This document shows, piece after piece, positions 38,142 through 47,667 of a stretch of DNA of 64,000 bases. Source of the stretch: a virus. Taxonomy: Duplodnaviria; Caudoviricetes. Position numbers and translations under genes: made by a program. The notes beneath the pieces are model-generated. The model was not told the DNA's origin. It was given only the letters and a program-made list of their open reading frames with translations, and made no database searches. Every line of letters starts with the position of its first letter. The stretch's first letter is position 1. The stretch lies in the IMG/VR virus record IMGVR_UViG_3300029955_000001; one strand, written 5' to 3'.

Positions 38142-39785
38142 ATGAACACATCTGTAAAAACAAACCAAAGTGTGTCTGTAAATACAACCGCACTAGGCGT
38201 AGTTGTTCCTCCAGGCCCTACTGTTTTAACAGCGAACATCATAGCAGCTGAAGCTATTAAAGCAGGTGATATCGTTGTAATTGGTAGCGATGGACTTGGA
38301 CATTACGCATTACCACCAGATGCACCAGGCGCTATGTTTAGACCAATTATTCAGCCATCGCCGATCAATGTTGCCAATGGTATTCAAGAAACAATAATAC
38401 TTGCTCCATCTGCCGCTAATACAAGTAATCACATAGGTGAGAAATCTATCCTATTACCAAATGGAAATGTAGTTTTTATTTATACAGCTGGTGGTAATAC
38501 TCAAGCATCTGTTGTTTCCCTAAATGGTAGTTTAGTTGGTAGTCAAATACTAGGGGCAAATGATGGAATAGATTTTAGTGTGGATGCTGTTTTACTTAGC
38601 AATGGAAACATAGCTGCGTTTTTCCATGTAGCGCCATCTTCAGCTTTAGCAATGGCAGTCATTGATAAAAATGCAAACTTTGTTTTACAAACAGCCATTA
38701 TCGAAACAAGTACAGGCGGTGGTGCAATTTCAGCCGATGTAATGATTGACGGTAATCTGATCGTTGCGTATACCGATGGGCAGAATCGTAGCCCAAAAAT
38801 TCAAATTCGCACGGCTTCTGGTGGTGTAGTTACCGCTGGGTTTATTCCAAATACATCCTCTGCTCCAGTTGCTAATAACACATCTGTTTCTGTTAACGCA
38901 CTTAAAGCTGGTGGCTTTAGTTTAGTCTACGCAACAACCGATGGTACGAATGGGCAAGTATATGCTTGTGTTTTCAGCGGCATTGGTTCAGCGCTATCAA
39001 ATAACATTCAAGTAGGGCAACCGCAAACAGGCAGTACTATTGGAGCATTTGTTAAAAGCGTTGCTTTGCCAGATGGTGGATTTGCTGTTGTTGCGTATGG
39101 CGGGAATGGTCCTGGTTTTGCATTGAATATTTTTAACAATAATGCACAACCACAAGGAGCCAACATTGTACTTGATGCTTACGATGGTAACGACTCGGTT
39201 AATCGCGCCGGAATAACTGTTCTTGAAAATGGGAACATTGCGGTTATTTGGCGTGTGTTTGGAAATGCATATGGGGCTGTTTATACCACAGCTGGCTTAC
39301 CTATTGTTCAGAAAACATCTTTCGGTGCTTTTAGTTCTTCTGTTGCAATAACAACTATTCCACGTGGCGGTGCCGCAGTAGCATTACAAGGCGCATCTGA
39401 ATTATTTATTGGTGCGTTAGATAATAATCTATCTGGAAACTTTACAGCAGCACTGCCTGCGGGATTACAGAATTCCATTCCATTAATTCAACCTATTGCA
39501 GCTGCTATCTATACATCAGCTACTGGTCTAATTGCAGGCACTGTTTCTAGTAACGTTACTGTTGGTATATTTGCATCGTATAAAATTGACCAAGCTACTC
39601 CTATTGGAGTGGCAACAACTGCTACTGGCGCTAACCAAGATCTCACAGTGCAAACAGCCGGTGTTGCAACGGTACGACTTAGCTTTGGTCAACCTTATTC
39701 TCTTGACGCAAATAACAACACTCCGCCCGGACAGAAAATGTCAGTTATCGGAAACACTGCTATTCTTAAAGGAATTCAGCAATGA
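38142..39785 (+). CDS. Beta-propeller-like tail/receptor-binding protein
   Basis: 547 aa with about 7 repeats of V/L-x-x-L-x-(N/D)G-x-h-h-h; translationally coupled to both neighbours. Confidence 0.6.
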   Translation: MNTSVKTNQSVSVNTTALGVVVPPGPTVLTANIIAAEAIKAGDIVVIGSDGLGHYALPPDAPGAMFRPIIQPSPINVANGIQETIILAPSAANTSNHIGEKSILLPNGNVVFIYTAGGNTQASVVSLNGSLVGSQILGANDGIDFSVDAVLLSNGNIAAFFHVAPSSALAMAVIDKNANFVLQTAIIETSTGGGAISADVMIDGNLIVAYTDGQNRSPKIQIRTASGGVVTAGFIPNTSSAPVANNTSVSVNALKAGGFSLVYATTDGTNGQVYACVFSGIGSALSNNIQVGQPQTGSTIGAFVKSVALPDGGFAVVAYGGNGPGFALNIFNNNAQPQGANIVLDAYDGNDSVNRAGITVLENGNIAVIWRVFGNAYGAVYTTAGLPIVQKTSFGAFSSSVAITTIPRGGAAVALQGASELFIGALDNNLSGNFTAALPAGLQNSIPLIQPIAAAIYTSATGLIAGTVSSNVTVGIFASYKIDQATPIGVATTATGANQDLTVQTAGVATVRLSFGQPYSLDANNNTPPGQKMSVIGNTAILKGIQQ

Positions 39786-40207
39786 ATTATTTTTTAAATT
39801 CTGGGACATCGACAGTATTTGCTGGTACAACTGTGCCGACATACGACTCTACTAAAAAAGTTTGGGTTACTGATGTTGGTAGTTTTGTTGATGTAACAGG
39901 GAAAAATTATTCGATTGGTTCGAATGATTTAACTCCATTACCAACACCAGTAACAGTAACACCTGCGCAATTTTTAGCATTGTGGACACCTGCTGAATTA
40001 GCAGCAATTCAAACTCTAGAAGCAACTAGTCCTACAGTGAAAAATTTATTTACAGTAATTGCTACAGGTGCTGCAAATATCGACATGTCTCAGTTGTCTG
40101 TTAAAGCAGCTATAAGAAAAACTTTATTCTTATTGCCTGTCGGAATTATTACTGCAGAAAATCAGATTGCTCGTTTCGCAAAGATTCTGTCAGGAACACC
40201 AGCTTAA
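39782..40207 (+). CDS. Tail-fibre assembly/chaperone-like protein
   Basis: 141 aa; VTPAQFLALWTPAELAAI helix typical of small fibre-associated proteins; ATGA overlap. Confidence 0.5.
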   Translation: MNYFLNSGTSTVFAGTTVPTYDSTKKVWVTDVGSFVDVTGKNYSIGSNDLTPLPTPVTVTPAQFLALWTPAELAAIQTLEATSPTVKNLFTVIATGAANIDMSQLSVKAAIRKTLFLLPVGIITAENQIARFAKILSGTPA

Positions 40208-40210
40208 AGA

Positions 40211-40245
40211 GAAGACTAATACCCAGTTACTTGGGTATTAGTTTT
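40211..40245 (+). terminator. Hairpin/terminator
   Basis: AGACTAATACCCAG-ttac-TTGGGTATTAGTTT. Confidence 0.6.
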
Positions 40246-40275
40246 ATTCACTTGTAAATACAGGTAGGAAAATAA

Positions 40276-43200
40276 ATGTCAACACCACTTGTTCTTAAAT
40301 ATCCAATTGATCCGACTGGAACTAATCCTGCTAATTTAGTACAGGGTGAAGTTCAGACGTTGATCCCAAGACCAATACGTGCGGCAGCAACAGATTACGG
40401 TGCATTTTATTCTGCTTCCTTGATTGTTACCGACACAGCAAACAATACTATTTTAACTTCTGCTCAGTATTACCCAGCAGAAATGTACAAAATTCCAACG
40501 GAGATGTACGGTAAGGAAGTATGTGCAATTATCATTATCACTGATCCAACAGTTAGTAATTCAATATCGTTACAATACCAAGCAGTTGGGGGCATTTTTA
40601 GCACAAGTACTGAAGCTATAGTGCAGATGTTAAATGCAGCTCAATTAGATAACAGACCAATTACTTGGCCTAACATTGAACAGAAACCAACTGAATTTGT
40701 TCCTACTCTGCACACACACAGCACAGATGATTTCTATGGAATGGAATATGTCACGTTTGCACTGGAGCGTGTACGGCAAGCTATTTTACAAGGTGATGAT
40801 GTATCACATGATCAAATTTATGCGTATATTGATAAGAACATCGCTGCTGTATCAGCTGCTCAAGTATCCGCTATTAACGCAGCAATGGCTTTGCATTTAG
40901 CAGCAGCTAATCCGCATCCGCAGTATGTATTGATCGCTGATGAAAATATATATCCTCTTGTAAGAACGCCTACGAATGAAGTCCCTGTCAGTGGGGCGAT
41001 TGGTGTTAACCCCGAGCTAACGTTGACGGGTAATGAATACTATTCGTTATACGGAGTGTCCCAAGGCGCGTCTGAGTTTCGTTTATCGGTTAATGCTGGA
41101 TGTGTTTCTCCTTTTATCTTTGACGCTGTATTAGGGGCTGTAAACACTTATAATTATTCAGGGGTTCTTTCTTCTGAAACTGTTTATTACTGGCAAGTTC
41201 GGTATCAAGATTCAGAAGGCGTGTGGTCTGCTTGGTCTACTGTTACATCGTTTACAAGTGCTGTTATTGGTGTAAATACACCAATAATTAATTCTATAAC
41301 AAATGGTGCGGTAGGTGTAAGCTTAACACCTATTTTAACAAATAGTGCTTTCTCATCAACTGGCATTGTCGATACTCAGACTTCGAGTGTTTTCCAAATA
41401 TGGACTAACAATTCAGCAATCGGTGTTCCTGTTTGGTCTGATACAGTGAACAGTGGTAATTTAAATTCTGTTAGTGTGTCTGGCGGGACGTTGCAAATAA
41501 CAACCACTTATTACGCTAGATCACAACAAGTGGGGGCGTTGCTAGGTGCGTCTAATTGGTCGTCGTGGGTAGCTTTTACAACGGCTTCTACGGGAATTAC
41601 AACGCCGTCGATAATAACCCCCGCAAATGACGCGATAGATGTGTCTATCACGCCAACTATCACAGCTTCGGCCTTTACCCCTTTTGGTGGAACGGATACG
41701 CAAGCTTCGACTAATTGGGAAATATGGACATTGGGAAGTACGTTAACTCCTGTGGTTCGAACGTTTACAGCAAGTGGTACGTTTACGCCACCTAGTGACG
41801 TTATGTCCGTGACTAGTGTTTCTGGATATGGCGCGGCAGCTGTAGCAAATACAACAACACCGGTTACCTATACGTCAGGGGCTGCTTCTACTGCATTTGG
41901 TTTCGCATTCCCAGGCGGTGTAAATGCTACTGCTCCTGTTACTACAACAGAAAATACAGTCGCTGTTATTCCTGGCTATTCGTATCCTATTATAGTGCCA
42001 ACTGGTGGTATTGTTACAATAAACTATTCTACTATTGTTCCTGCGTTAGTATGGTCATCTGAAAATAATACAACTAACCATACATCGATTACACTGCCGG
42101 TAAATAGTATTGTTGCCGATACATTATATCAGATTCGTGTTCAATATACTGGTGTGCTGCACGGTTCATCTGCGTGGTCTGCATGGAGTTATTTTACTGC
42201 TGGTTCACAGGGTGTAAACACTCCGTCTATTACATCGCCAGTTATTGATTCGACAGGTGTGTCTACATCGCCTACATTATTGGCTAGTGCGTTTTCTGTA
42301 TTTGGCGGAGCTGACACGCAAGCATCAGCTAGTTGGGAAATATGGACTGCTGGCACCGCTGTACCGCATACGCAAGCATTTACTGCGAATGGTACTTGGA
42401 CAGCTCCTACTGGTGTGTCTAATTTAACTAGTATTGTTGGCCATGGCGCAGCATCTACGCCAATTAGCGGTATTATTGGTTATGGCCCGTCTTACTATCA
42501 GATAGGCTATAATAGTCTTATTGGTGGTTACAACTATACTTCTACACCAACTATTACACAAACTAGTGGCAGCATTCAAAGCGGCGCTGGTGGTGGAGTT
42601 ACTATACTCCCATTATATTCATATACTTCACCAATCGCGGTTGTGCACGGAACAGTGCCGGATGGAACTTACACCGCGATTGGGACTAACATTAGTGCCA
42701 ATGACGTAACTTCGCCAGTAATGACCGCCGTTGTATCTGGAAATATCGTTACATCAGTAACAGTAACGCCTGGGCTTACAATAGAGGGATCTCAAGAAGA
42801 TGCATTTGCACTGTGGAATATAACTTTTGACATAGGTAATTACTTACAGGGGTTCGCAAGCGCTAATGTAAATACTGGAACTTATTACGCAACTGCAACA
42901 ATTGCTCAAGGCGTAGCAAACAGCGCAACAGCTATTACGTATCAGGTATCTGGGGGCGGAGGCAGTACATTTACGATTAGTTCTACACCTGTACTTACAG
43001 CTGGAAATGCTGAATACGGCACTGTTGGCTATACCGCTGGCGCCAACGCTACTGCTGTCGGTAATACATTTCTTGGTGCCACCGGTTCTGCTGCCCCGGT
43101 TGTCGTTACAGATACAAACGTTGCTGTTGTTCCCGGAACAAGTTATCCTATTGTTGTTCCTACTGGCGCTAGTGTAACAATCAATTGGAGTACAGGTACT

Positions 43201-44709
43201 GCTGGCGCATTAGCATGGTCGGCTGAAGGCGATACGGCTGATAAGACATCTATAACTGTTCCTTCTGGGACATTAAGTAGTTTGTCATCTTACGTAGCTC
43301 GTGTTAAATACACTGGCAATATGTACGGTACTTCAGCATGGTCCACTTGGGATGGGTTTACTACAGGTAACGAAGGTGTTAATACACCTACTATTATATC
43401 GCCAGCAAATAGTTCATCTGTTTCAACGTCAACGTTAACATTGACAGGAAGTACATTTTCTGCATACGGAACAACAGACACACACGCTTCAACTAATTGG
43501 GAGCTATGGTCTGTAGCTACAACACCTGTGTTATTATGGTCATATGAACTTGACACTGTTAATCTAACGTCAATTACAGTACCTAGTAGTTACTTAACTG
43601 ACGGTGTATCGTATCAAGCTCGTATACAGTACACTGGTGCTGCAGCTGGTTCTTCTGAATGGTCTGCGTGGGATGTGTTCACAATGGCTTGGCCTGTCGG
43701 TCCTACAGTTATAGGTGAATCATGGGGTGGCGGTTACTTCATGGGGAATGTTACTGTTGGCGCAGCAAATATGGCAATCATCCTAGCACCAAAAACATCT
43801 GGTGAACATTCTGGAGAAATACTATATACGTCAAATGGTCCTTCGCCATCTGGGGCTTATTCTACTACTGATTCGGTGGCAGATACAGCTGCATGGGCGT
43901 CATTAGGCGCTGGTTCTCCTGCTGCTATATTTGTAAGTGCTTTAACAATTGGCGGGTATAGTGATTGGCAAATACCGTCATCGGCGGTATGGGACCTAGT
44001 TACGGCAAATGCGAATCCAACTACAACTACGTCTGCATTGTATATTACCGGCGGACAAGAAGTAATTGAAAATGCGTGGTATTGGTCTTCGACAGCATAC
44101 GACGACATTAGTACAAACTCTGTTTATGTTAATGCTGTACCTGCTGTAGCAGCACACACGATACCAGCTACTGCTGCTATACCGTCTTACACCACAGGGG
44201 CTGCACCAAGTTATACCATACCAGCGGTTCCTTCAACGCCATCGTCACCAGGCACCCCGATATACCAAACCATATCTGGCGGCACTGGTTTCTTTAGCAT
44301 GTCAGAGACTGGAAACACTTTACCTAGTAATTACGGCCAATGCCCAGCAGGGCAAGCTTTGCTCAGTGAATATGACCAAACATCCACAGATCATGGATGG
44401 GTGTGGTCTTGTCAGATTCAAGATAGGGTTATTACCGGCTATGTTCCAGGAACTGCTGTAGCGCAAATACCAGCAGTTCCGGCTGTATTTGTACCTGCTG
44501 TTCCAGGGACTGTGCATCCTGCTGTACCGGCACAGCCTGCTCAATATATCGCCGCAACACCAGCTGTACCTGGTCATTGGGATACGTCAACTTATACAAC
44601 GTACGACGCCTATGCGTTTAACTATAGTAACTCTACTATGCAGTTACCAAAGCCAACGAACACGGCGTTATACGTGAGAGCAGTTAGGTTAGTTCCTGTT
44701 GGATCGTAA
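40276..44709 (+). CDS. Long tail fibre: gp131-like anchor, FN3-like repeats, C-terminal Lcl/DUF1566-like domain
   Basis: 1477 aa; N-terminal YPIDPTGTNPANLV; about 5 repeats TP-x-I-x-x-P...WEIW...Y-x-x-R-x-x-YTG...WS-x-W-x-x-FT; C-terminal GGYSDWQIPS...WYWSST...YVRAVR. Confidence 0.8.
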   Translation: MSTPLVLKYPIDPTGTNPANLVQGEVQTLIPRPIRAAATDYGAFYSASLIVTDTANNTILTSAQYYPAEMYKIPTEMYGKEVCAIIIITDPTVSNSISLQYQAVGGIFSTSTEAIVQMLNAAQLDNRPITWPNIEQKPTEFVPTLHTHSTDDFYGMEYVTFALERVRQAILQGDDVSHDQIYAYIDKNIAAVSAAQVSAINAAMALHLAAANPHPQYVLIADENIYPLVRTPTNEVPVSGAIGVNPELTLTGNEYYSLYGVSQGASEFRLSVNAGCVSPFIFDAVLGAVNTYNYSGVLSSETVYYWQVRYQDSEGVWSAWSTVTSFTSAVIGVNTPIINSITNGAVGVSLTPILTNSAFSSTGIVDTQTSSVFQIWTNNSAIGVPVWSDTVNSGNLNSVSVSGGTLQITTTYYARSQQVGALLGASNWSSWVAFTTASTGITTPSIITPANDAIDVSITPTITASAFTPFGGTDTQASTNWEIWTLGSTLTPVVRTFTASGTFTPPSDVMSVTSVSGYGAAAVANTTTPVTYTSGAASTAFGFAFPGGVNATAPVTTTENTVAVIPGYSYPIIVPTGGIVTINYSTIVPALVWSSENNTTNHTSITLPVNSIVADTLYQIRVQYTGVLHGSSAWSAWSYFTAGSQGVNTPSITSPVIDSTGVSTSPTLLASAFSVFGGADTQASASWEIWTAGTAVPHTQAFTANGTWTAPTGVSNLTSIVGHGAASTPISGIIGYGPSYYQIGYNSLIGGYNYTSTPTITQTSGSIQSGAGGGVTILPLYSYTSPIAVVHGTVPDGTYTAIGTNISANDVTSPVMTAVVSGNIVTSVTVTPGLTIEGSQEDAFALWNITFDIGNYLQGFASANVNTGTYYATATIAQGVANSATAITYQVSGGGGSTFTISSTPVLTAGNAEYGTVGYTAGANATAVGNTFLGATGSAAPVVVTDTNVAVVPGTSYPIVVPTGASVTINWSTGTAGALAWSAEGDTADKTSITVPSGTLSSLSSYVARVKYTGNMYGTSAWSTWDGFTTGNEGVNTPTIISPANSSSVSTSTLTLTGSTFSAYGTTDTHASTNWELWSVATTPVLLWSYELDTVNLTSITVPSSYLTDGVSYQARIQYTGAAAGSSEWSAWDVFTMAWPVGPTVIGESWGGGYFMGNVTVGAANMAIILAPKTSGEHSGEILYTSNGPSPSGAYSTTDSVADTAAWASLGAGSPAAIFVSALTIGGYSDWQIPSSAVWDLVTANANPTTTTSALYITGGQEVIENAWYWSSTAYDDISTNSVYVNAVPAVAAHTIPATAAIPSYTTGAAPSYTIPAVPSTPSSPGTPIYQTISGGTGFFSMSETGNTLPSNYGQCPAGQALLSEYDQTSTDHGWVWSCQIQDRVITGYVPGTAVAQIPAVPAVFVPAVPGTVHPAVPAQPAQYIAATPAVPGHWDTSTYTTYDAYAFNYSNSTMQLPKPTNTALYVRAVRLVPVGS

Positions 44710-44797
44710 TTTACAAGCCATATTGTGAAGATTGACGTGAGAATTAAAAACACTCACGTCATTTCTAATAACTCTCTATCTCTCTAGGTAAATAAAA

Positions 44798-45223
44798 ATG
44801 ACACAACCAACGCCAATCGTAGTAAATGGTCCTTCTGTAAAAGGATCTTTAGGCATGTCAAGTGTAAGCGAAAAATGTGCTTTACCTGATGGTGTATATG
44901 TTCCTCTTTTTACTGCTCCATCAGGATGTGCTGATGTAGTTGTAAACTATCGTATTGTCTCAAATGACATCACTACTGATACTACTGTTCGTGCTGCTAT
45001 TTGCAATTCTGGTTACGTAGCGGGCACTGCTCCTAGTCCAGCAGATTGGATTCAACCAGGTAATTTTAAGATTGGGCCAAGTGGCGTTACAGTAGGTATT
45101 ATGGAAGATACATCTGTAGTTATGGGTCCTGGTGAAGTGCTTGTTGTATGGGCGTCTAACGGAACAAGTAGTGCGTTTATTGCCACTGCTAGAGTACATG
45201 GCTTCCAAAAAGCGACTTCTTAA
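44798..45223 (+). CDS. Small beta-rich virion-associated protein
   Basis: 141 aa in the tail-fibre operon. Confidence 0.6.
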   Translation: MTQPTPIVVNGPSVKGSLGMSSVSEKCALPDGVYVPLFTAPSGCADVVVNYRIVSNDITTDTTVRAAICNSGYVAGTAPSPADWIQPGNFKIGPSGVTVGIMEDTSVVMGPGEVLVVWASNGTSSAFIATARVHGFQKATS

Positions 45224-45240
45224 TTTAGAAAGGACTTAGC

Positions 45241-45864
45241 ATGTCACAGTCTTATGGTAACGCGCGTTACGGTCAACAGGCTACTGCCATCGCGGTAACA
45301 GCTGCTGCGACGGTAGCCGCTAACGCAATGACTTTAGCAAATTCATTTTCTTCTCAATTAACTAATGTCGAAGCTAGTCTAGCGGCAGCTATCGTAACTA
45401 TCAATAACACAGGAACGATGGTAGCAGAAGAAACTAGTAGAGCAGAATCAGTAGAAACAATACTGCAACAGGATATAAATAACATTGTACTAAGTTCTGG
45501 CGGAATCGTTACATTACCATACACTATTCCATTCTCATGTTTTGATCCAATCATGGTAACATCGATATTAGATGGTACAATTGTAACTGAACAAGTTACA
45601 TTACCAGTGAACTTAACAGGATCGTTTGGTAAGTGCGGCATTGCTCCAGTGACTTCTAATTCTCAATTCGATATATTGATAAATGGAACCACTGTTGGCG
45701 AAGTTCTATTTAGCCCCGGCTCAACAAACGCTACATTTACTTTTGCAGCACAACAAGTATTAAATCCTGGAGATTTAATTATTCTTCAAGTGAGTAGCGG
45801 TGTATTTGATACCAGTCTAGAAAATGTGTTTATAACATTAACTGGTACTTATACCTCAGCTTAA
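45241..45864 (+). CDS. Coiled-coil plus beta-sandwich virion-associated protein
   Basis: 207 aa in the tail-fibre operon. Confidence 0.6.
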   Translation: MSQSYGNARYGQQATAIAVTAAATVAANAMTLANSFSSQLTNVEASLAAAIVTINNTGTMVAEETSRAESVETILQQDINNIVLSSGGIVTLPYTIPFSCFDPIMVTSILDGTIVTEQVTLPVNLTGSFGKCGIAPVTSNSQFDILINGTTVGEVLFSPGSTNATFTFAAQQVLNPGDLIILQVSSGVFDTSLENVFITLTGTYTSA

Positions 45865-45965
45865 AATATTAATTTTTTTATATATCACACATGAATAGTG
45901 TGCGATGCAAATCACTTATTTTAGTGGTTTATTATTTTCTCAACAACTTACTAAGGATGTTAAAA

Positions 45966-46256
45966 ATGACTACACCTTTTCCGATTAAACGAAATGTTCT
46001 GCGTATGATTCATTGGTTGATTATAGCAGCATTGTTTTATTTTGTTGCTTATTGCTTATCAATCGACGAAGAGCTTCGTCAGCTTTCTACAATCTCTTGG
46101 AAACTCGGCAATGTAACTGTAGGCGGTTATGTGGGCTATTGGCTAGATAGGCATTTGTTCCAAACAAGGATAGATGACACTAGCCCGCCACTGTTACAGA
46201 TCAGGAGAGCCGTGATTGTGGCAGCTAGTATCTTTGCTGTATCGACAGGATTGTAA
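45966..46256 (+). CDS. Putative 2/3-transmembrane holin
   Basis: WKLGNVTVGGYVGYWLDRHLF and RRAVIVAASIFAVSTGL match the Holin_2-3 family signature; precedes the endolysin by 1 nt. Likely start ATG at 45966. Confidence 0.8.
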   Translation: MTTPFPIKRNVLRMIHWLIIAALFYFVAYCLSIDEELRQLSTISWKLGNVTVGGYVGYWLDRHLFQTRIDDTSPPLLQIRRAVIVAASIFAVSTGL

Positions 46257-46257
46257 A

Positions 46258-46965
46258 ATGAAACGCATCCTCTTATGTTTAGATAAGTGGGCGACTATTA
46301 TTTACGGGATTTTAATAGCTATTGTTTTATTGTTCGTTGTTGCGAATAGCGTATCTGCTGCTATCATCAATACACATAAACCAATAGTTAAACAATCAGT
46401 CCCACGGACCCCTGTAATTATGCTGCAATATAGAGCTGCGTTAACAAGAGAAGCACAGTTTGTTTACGGCATAAACGCACCTATCCCTATGTTCGCTGGT
46501 CAGATATGGCAAGAGTCCGGCGGTAAAGCAAATGCAAAGGCATGGGATTTAGGAATGGGGTTAGGACAATTCGAACCGGGCACAGCAAAAGAAATAGTGA
46601 AGTTGTATCCTGAATTAGGACCATCTGACCCTTTCAATCCTGTATGGTCAATACGGGCTTTGGTAAGATATGATGATTGGATATACAAGCGCGTTAAAGG
46701 CGTTAATGCATGTGAGGTGTGGGGTGGTAGCTTAGATGGCTACAACGCAGGTCTGGGGTATGTTCAGAAAGCTCAGAGAGCATCTCCTGATCCTACTGTC
46801 TGGTTTACTAAGACCGAATATGTGCCTACAGGCCAAACAGCCAAGAATAAAGAATACAGTCGTGTCTACCCACGAATTATTCTTTTTAAACACCAAGCTA
46901 TGTTTTCTACTTGGGGAGCATTAACGTGTTTACCGTATGTTCCAGTTGGTAAAAATTCTTTTTAA
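46258..46965 (+). CDS. SLT-type lytic transglycosylase (endolysin) with N-terminal TM segment
   Basis: QIWQESGG (catalytic Glu), GLGQFEPGTA, GYNAGLG; hydrophobic N-terminus could be a signal-anchor (SAR-like). Confidence 0.85.
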   Translation: MKRILLCLDKWATIIYGILIAIVLLFVVANSVSAAIINTHKPIVKQSVPRTPVIMLQYRAALTREAQFVYGINAPIPMFAGQIWQESGGKANAKAWDLGMGLGQFEPGTAKEIVKLYPELGPSDPFNPVWSIRALVRYDDWIYKRVKGVNACEVWGGSLDGYNAGLGYVQKAQRASPDPTVWFTKTEYVPTGQTAKNKEYSRVYPRIILFKHQAMFSTWGALTCLPYVPVGKNSF

Positions 46966-46985
46966 TTTTTATGTTGGTTTGAATA

Positions 46986-47037
46986 AACAAAAAAAATAGG
47001 CATAAAGTCAGAGAGAAAACTCTCTGACTTTATGCCG
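46986..47037. terminator. Bidirectional terminator with GGCATA/TATGCCG arms
   Basis: A-tract, then GGCATAAAGTCAGAGAG-aaaa-CTCTCTGACTTTATGCC. Confidence 0.85.
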
Positions 47038-47049
47038 TACAGTTAACTT

Positions 47050-47460
47050 CTAATCTCTCAGTTTTAAACCTTTATCAGCTAACGCTCTCTTTATTTGCTC
47101 AACGTCAACGTTGGATATGCGAGGCAGCTCTTTCAATAGCGATTCAGTTAGTAATGCTACATCGCCCACTGTATTAATACCAGATTTAATTAAATTATCT
47201 TCTAGTAAACGCGGTAGCCATAACATCACAACTGATTGGGTTAGTAGTGGTGTATTGATATTTTGTTCTGCTGTTACTTTTGCATTCCTATTAAAAAGAG
47301 ATTCGGCTTCTTCAAGATGCTTCCATGATTCTCTCATATGCCTTAAAACAATTTCTTCCCTTTCAATAGCAGTTGTTGATATTGATTCACCAGGGGTTAA
47401 TTGCGCCATTACTTGGTAATACGCTGCCTTAGCTAATAGTACAGCTATTTTATCATTCAT
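47050..47460 (-). CDS. Protein with RNAP alpha-CTD-like C-terminal domain (paralog 1)
   Basis: WLPRLLEDNLIKSGINTVGDVALLTESLLKELPRISNVDVEQIKRALADKGLKL matches the RpoA CTD pattern. Confidence 0.75.
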   Translation of the reverse strand: MNDKIAVLLAKAAYYQVMAQLTPGESISTTAIEREEIVLRHMRESWKHLEEAESLFNRNAKVTAEQNINTPLLTQSVVMLWLPRLLEDNLIKSGINTVGDVALLTESLLKELPRISNVDVEQIKRALADKGLKLRD

Positions 47461-47665
47461 GATTATCCTCTTTCTCTTTTTGTGTCTTATTTAATTTATC
47501 AAGTAACGCACTAGCATTACGTGTTAAAAGTTCTTCTGGTGTAGGTGGTTTATCAGTTAGAAATGTATCGTCGTAATATAGTTCTTTTCTACGAAATGGT
47601 AAATATAAAAATAGAAGTAATAAAATAACAAAAACAACAATCAAAAAGATCGTAAACGTATCCAA
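47453..47665 (-). CDS. Small membrane protein
   Basis: 70 aa, N-terminal TM helix. Confidence 0.7.
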   Translation of the reverse strand: MDTFTIFLIVVFVILLLLFLYLPFRRKELYYDDTFLTDKPPTPEELLTRNASALLDKLNKTQKEKEDNHE

Positions 47666-47667
47666 TT

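Noticed and set aside
44100-44600. CRISPR-like or DNA tandem repeat array
   Set aside because: The repeats are protein-level (PAVP) with degenerate codons; there is no fixed repeat-spacer periodicity.
43699-44709. Diversity-generating retroelement targeting the Lcl domain
   Set aside because: No reverse transcriptase and no near-identical template repeat differing at adenines is visible in this window; one elsewhere in the genome cannot be excluded.
1667-45900. Identical 10-mer ATGAATAGTG upstream of the tape-measure gene (1667) and the holin (45891)
   Set aside because: Only two copies of an AT-rich 10-mer; chance is plausible and it was not seen before other late genes.
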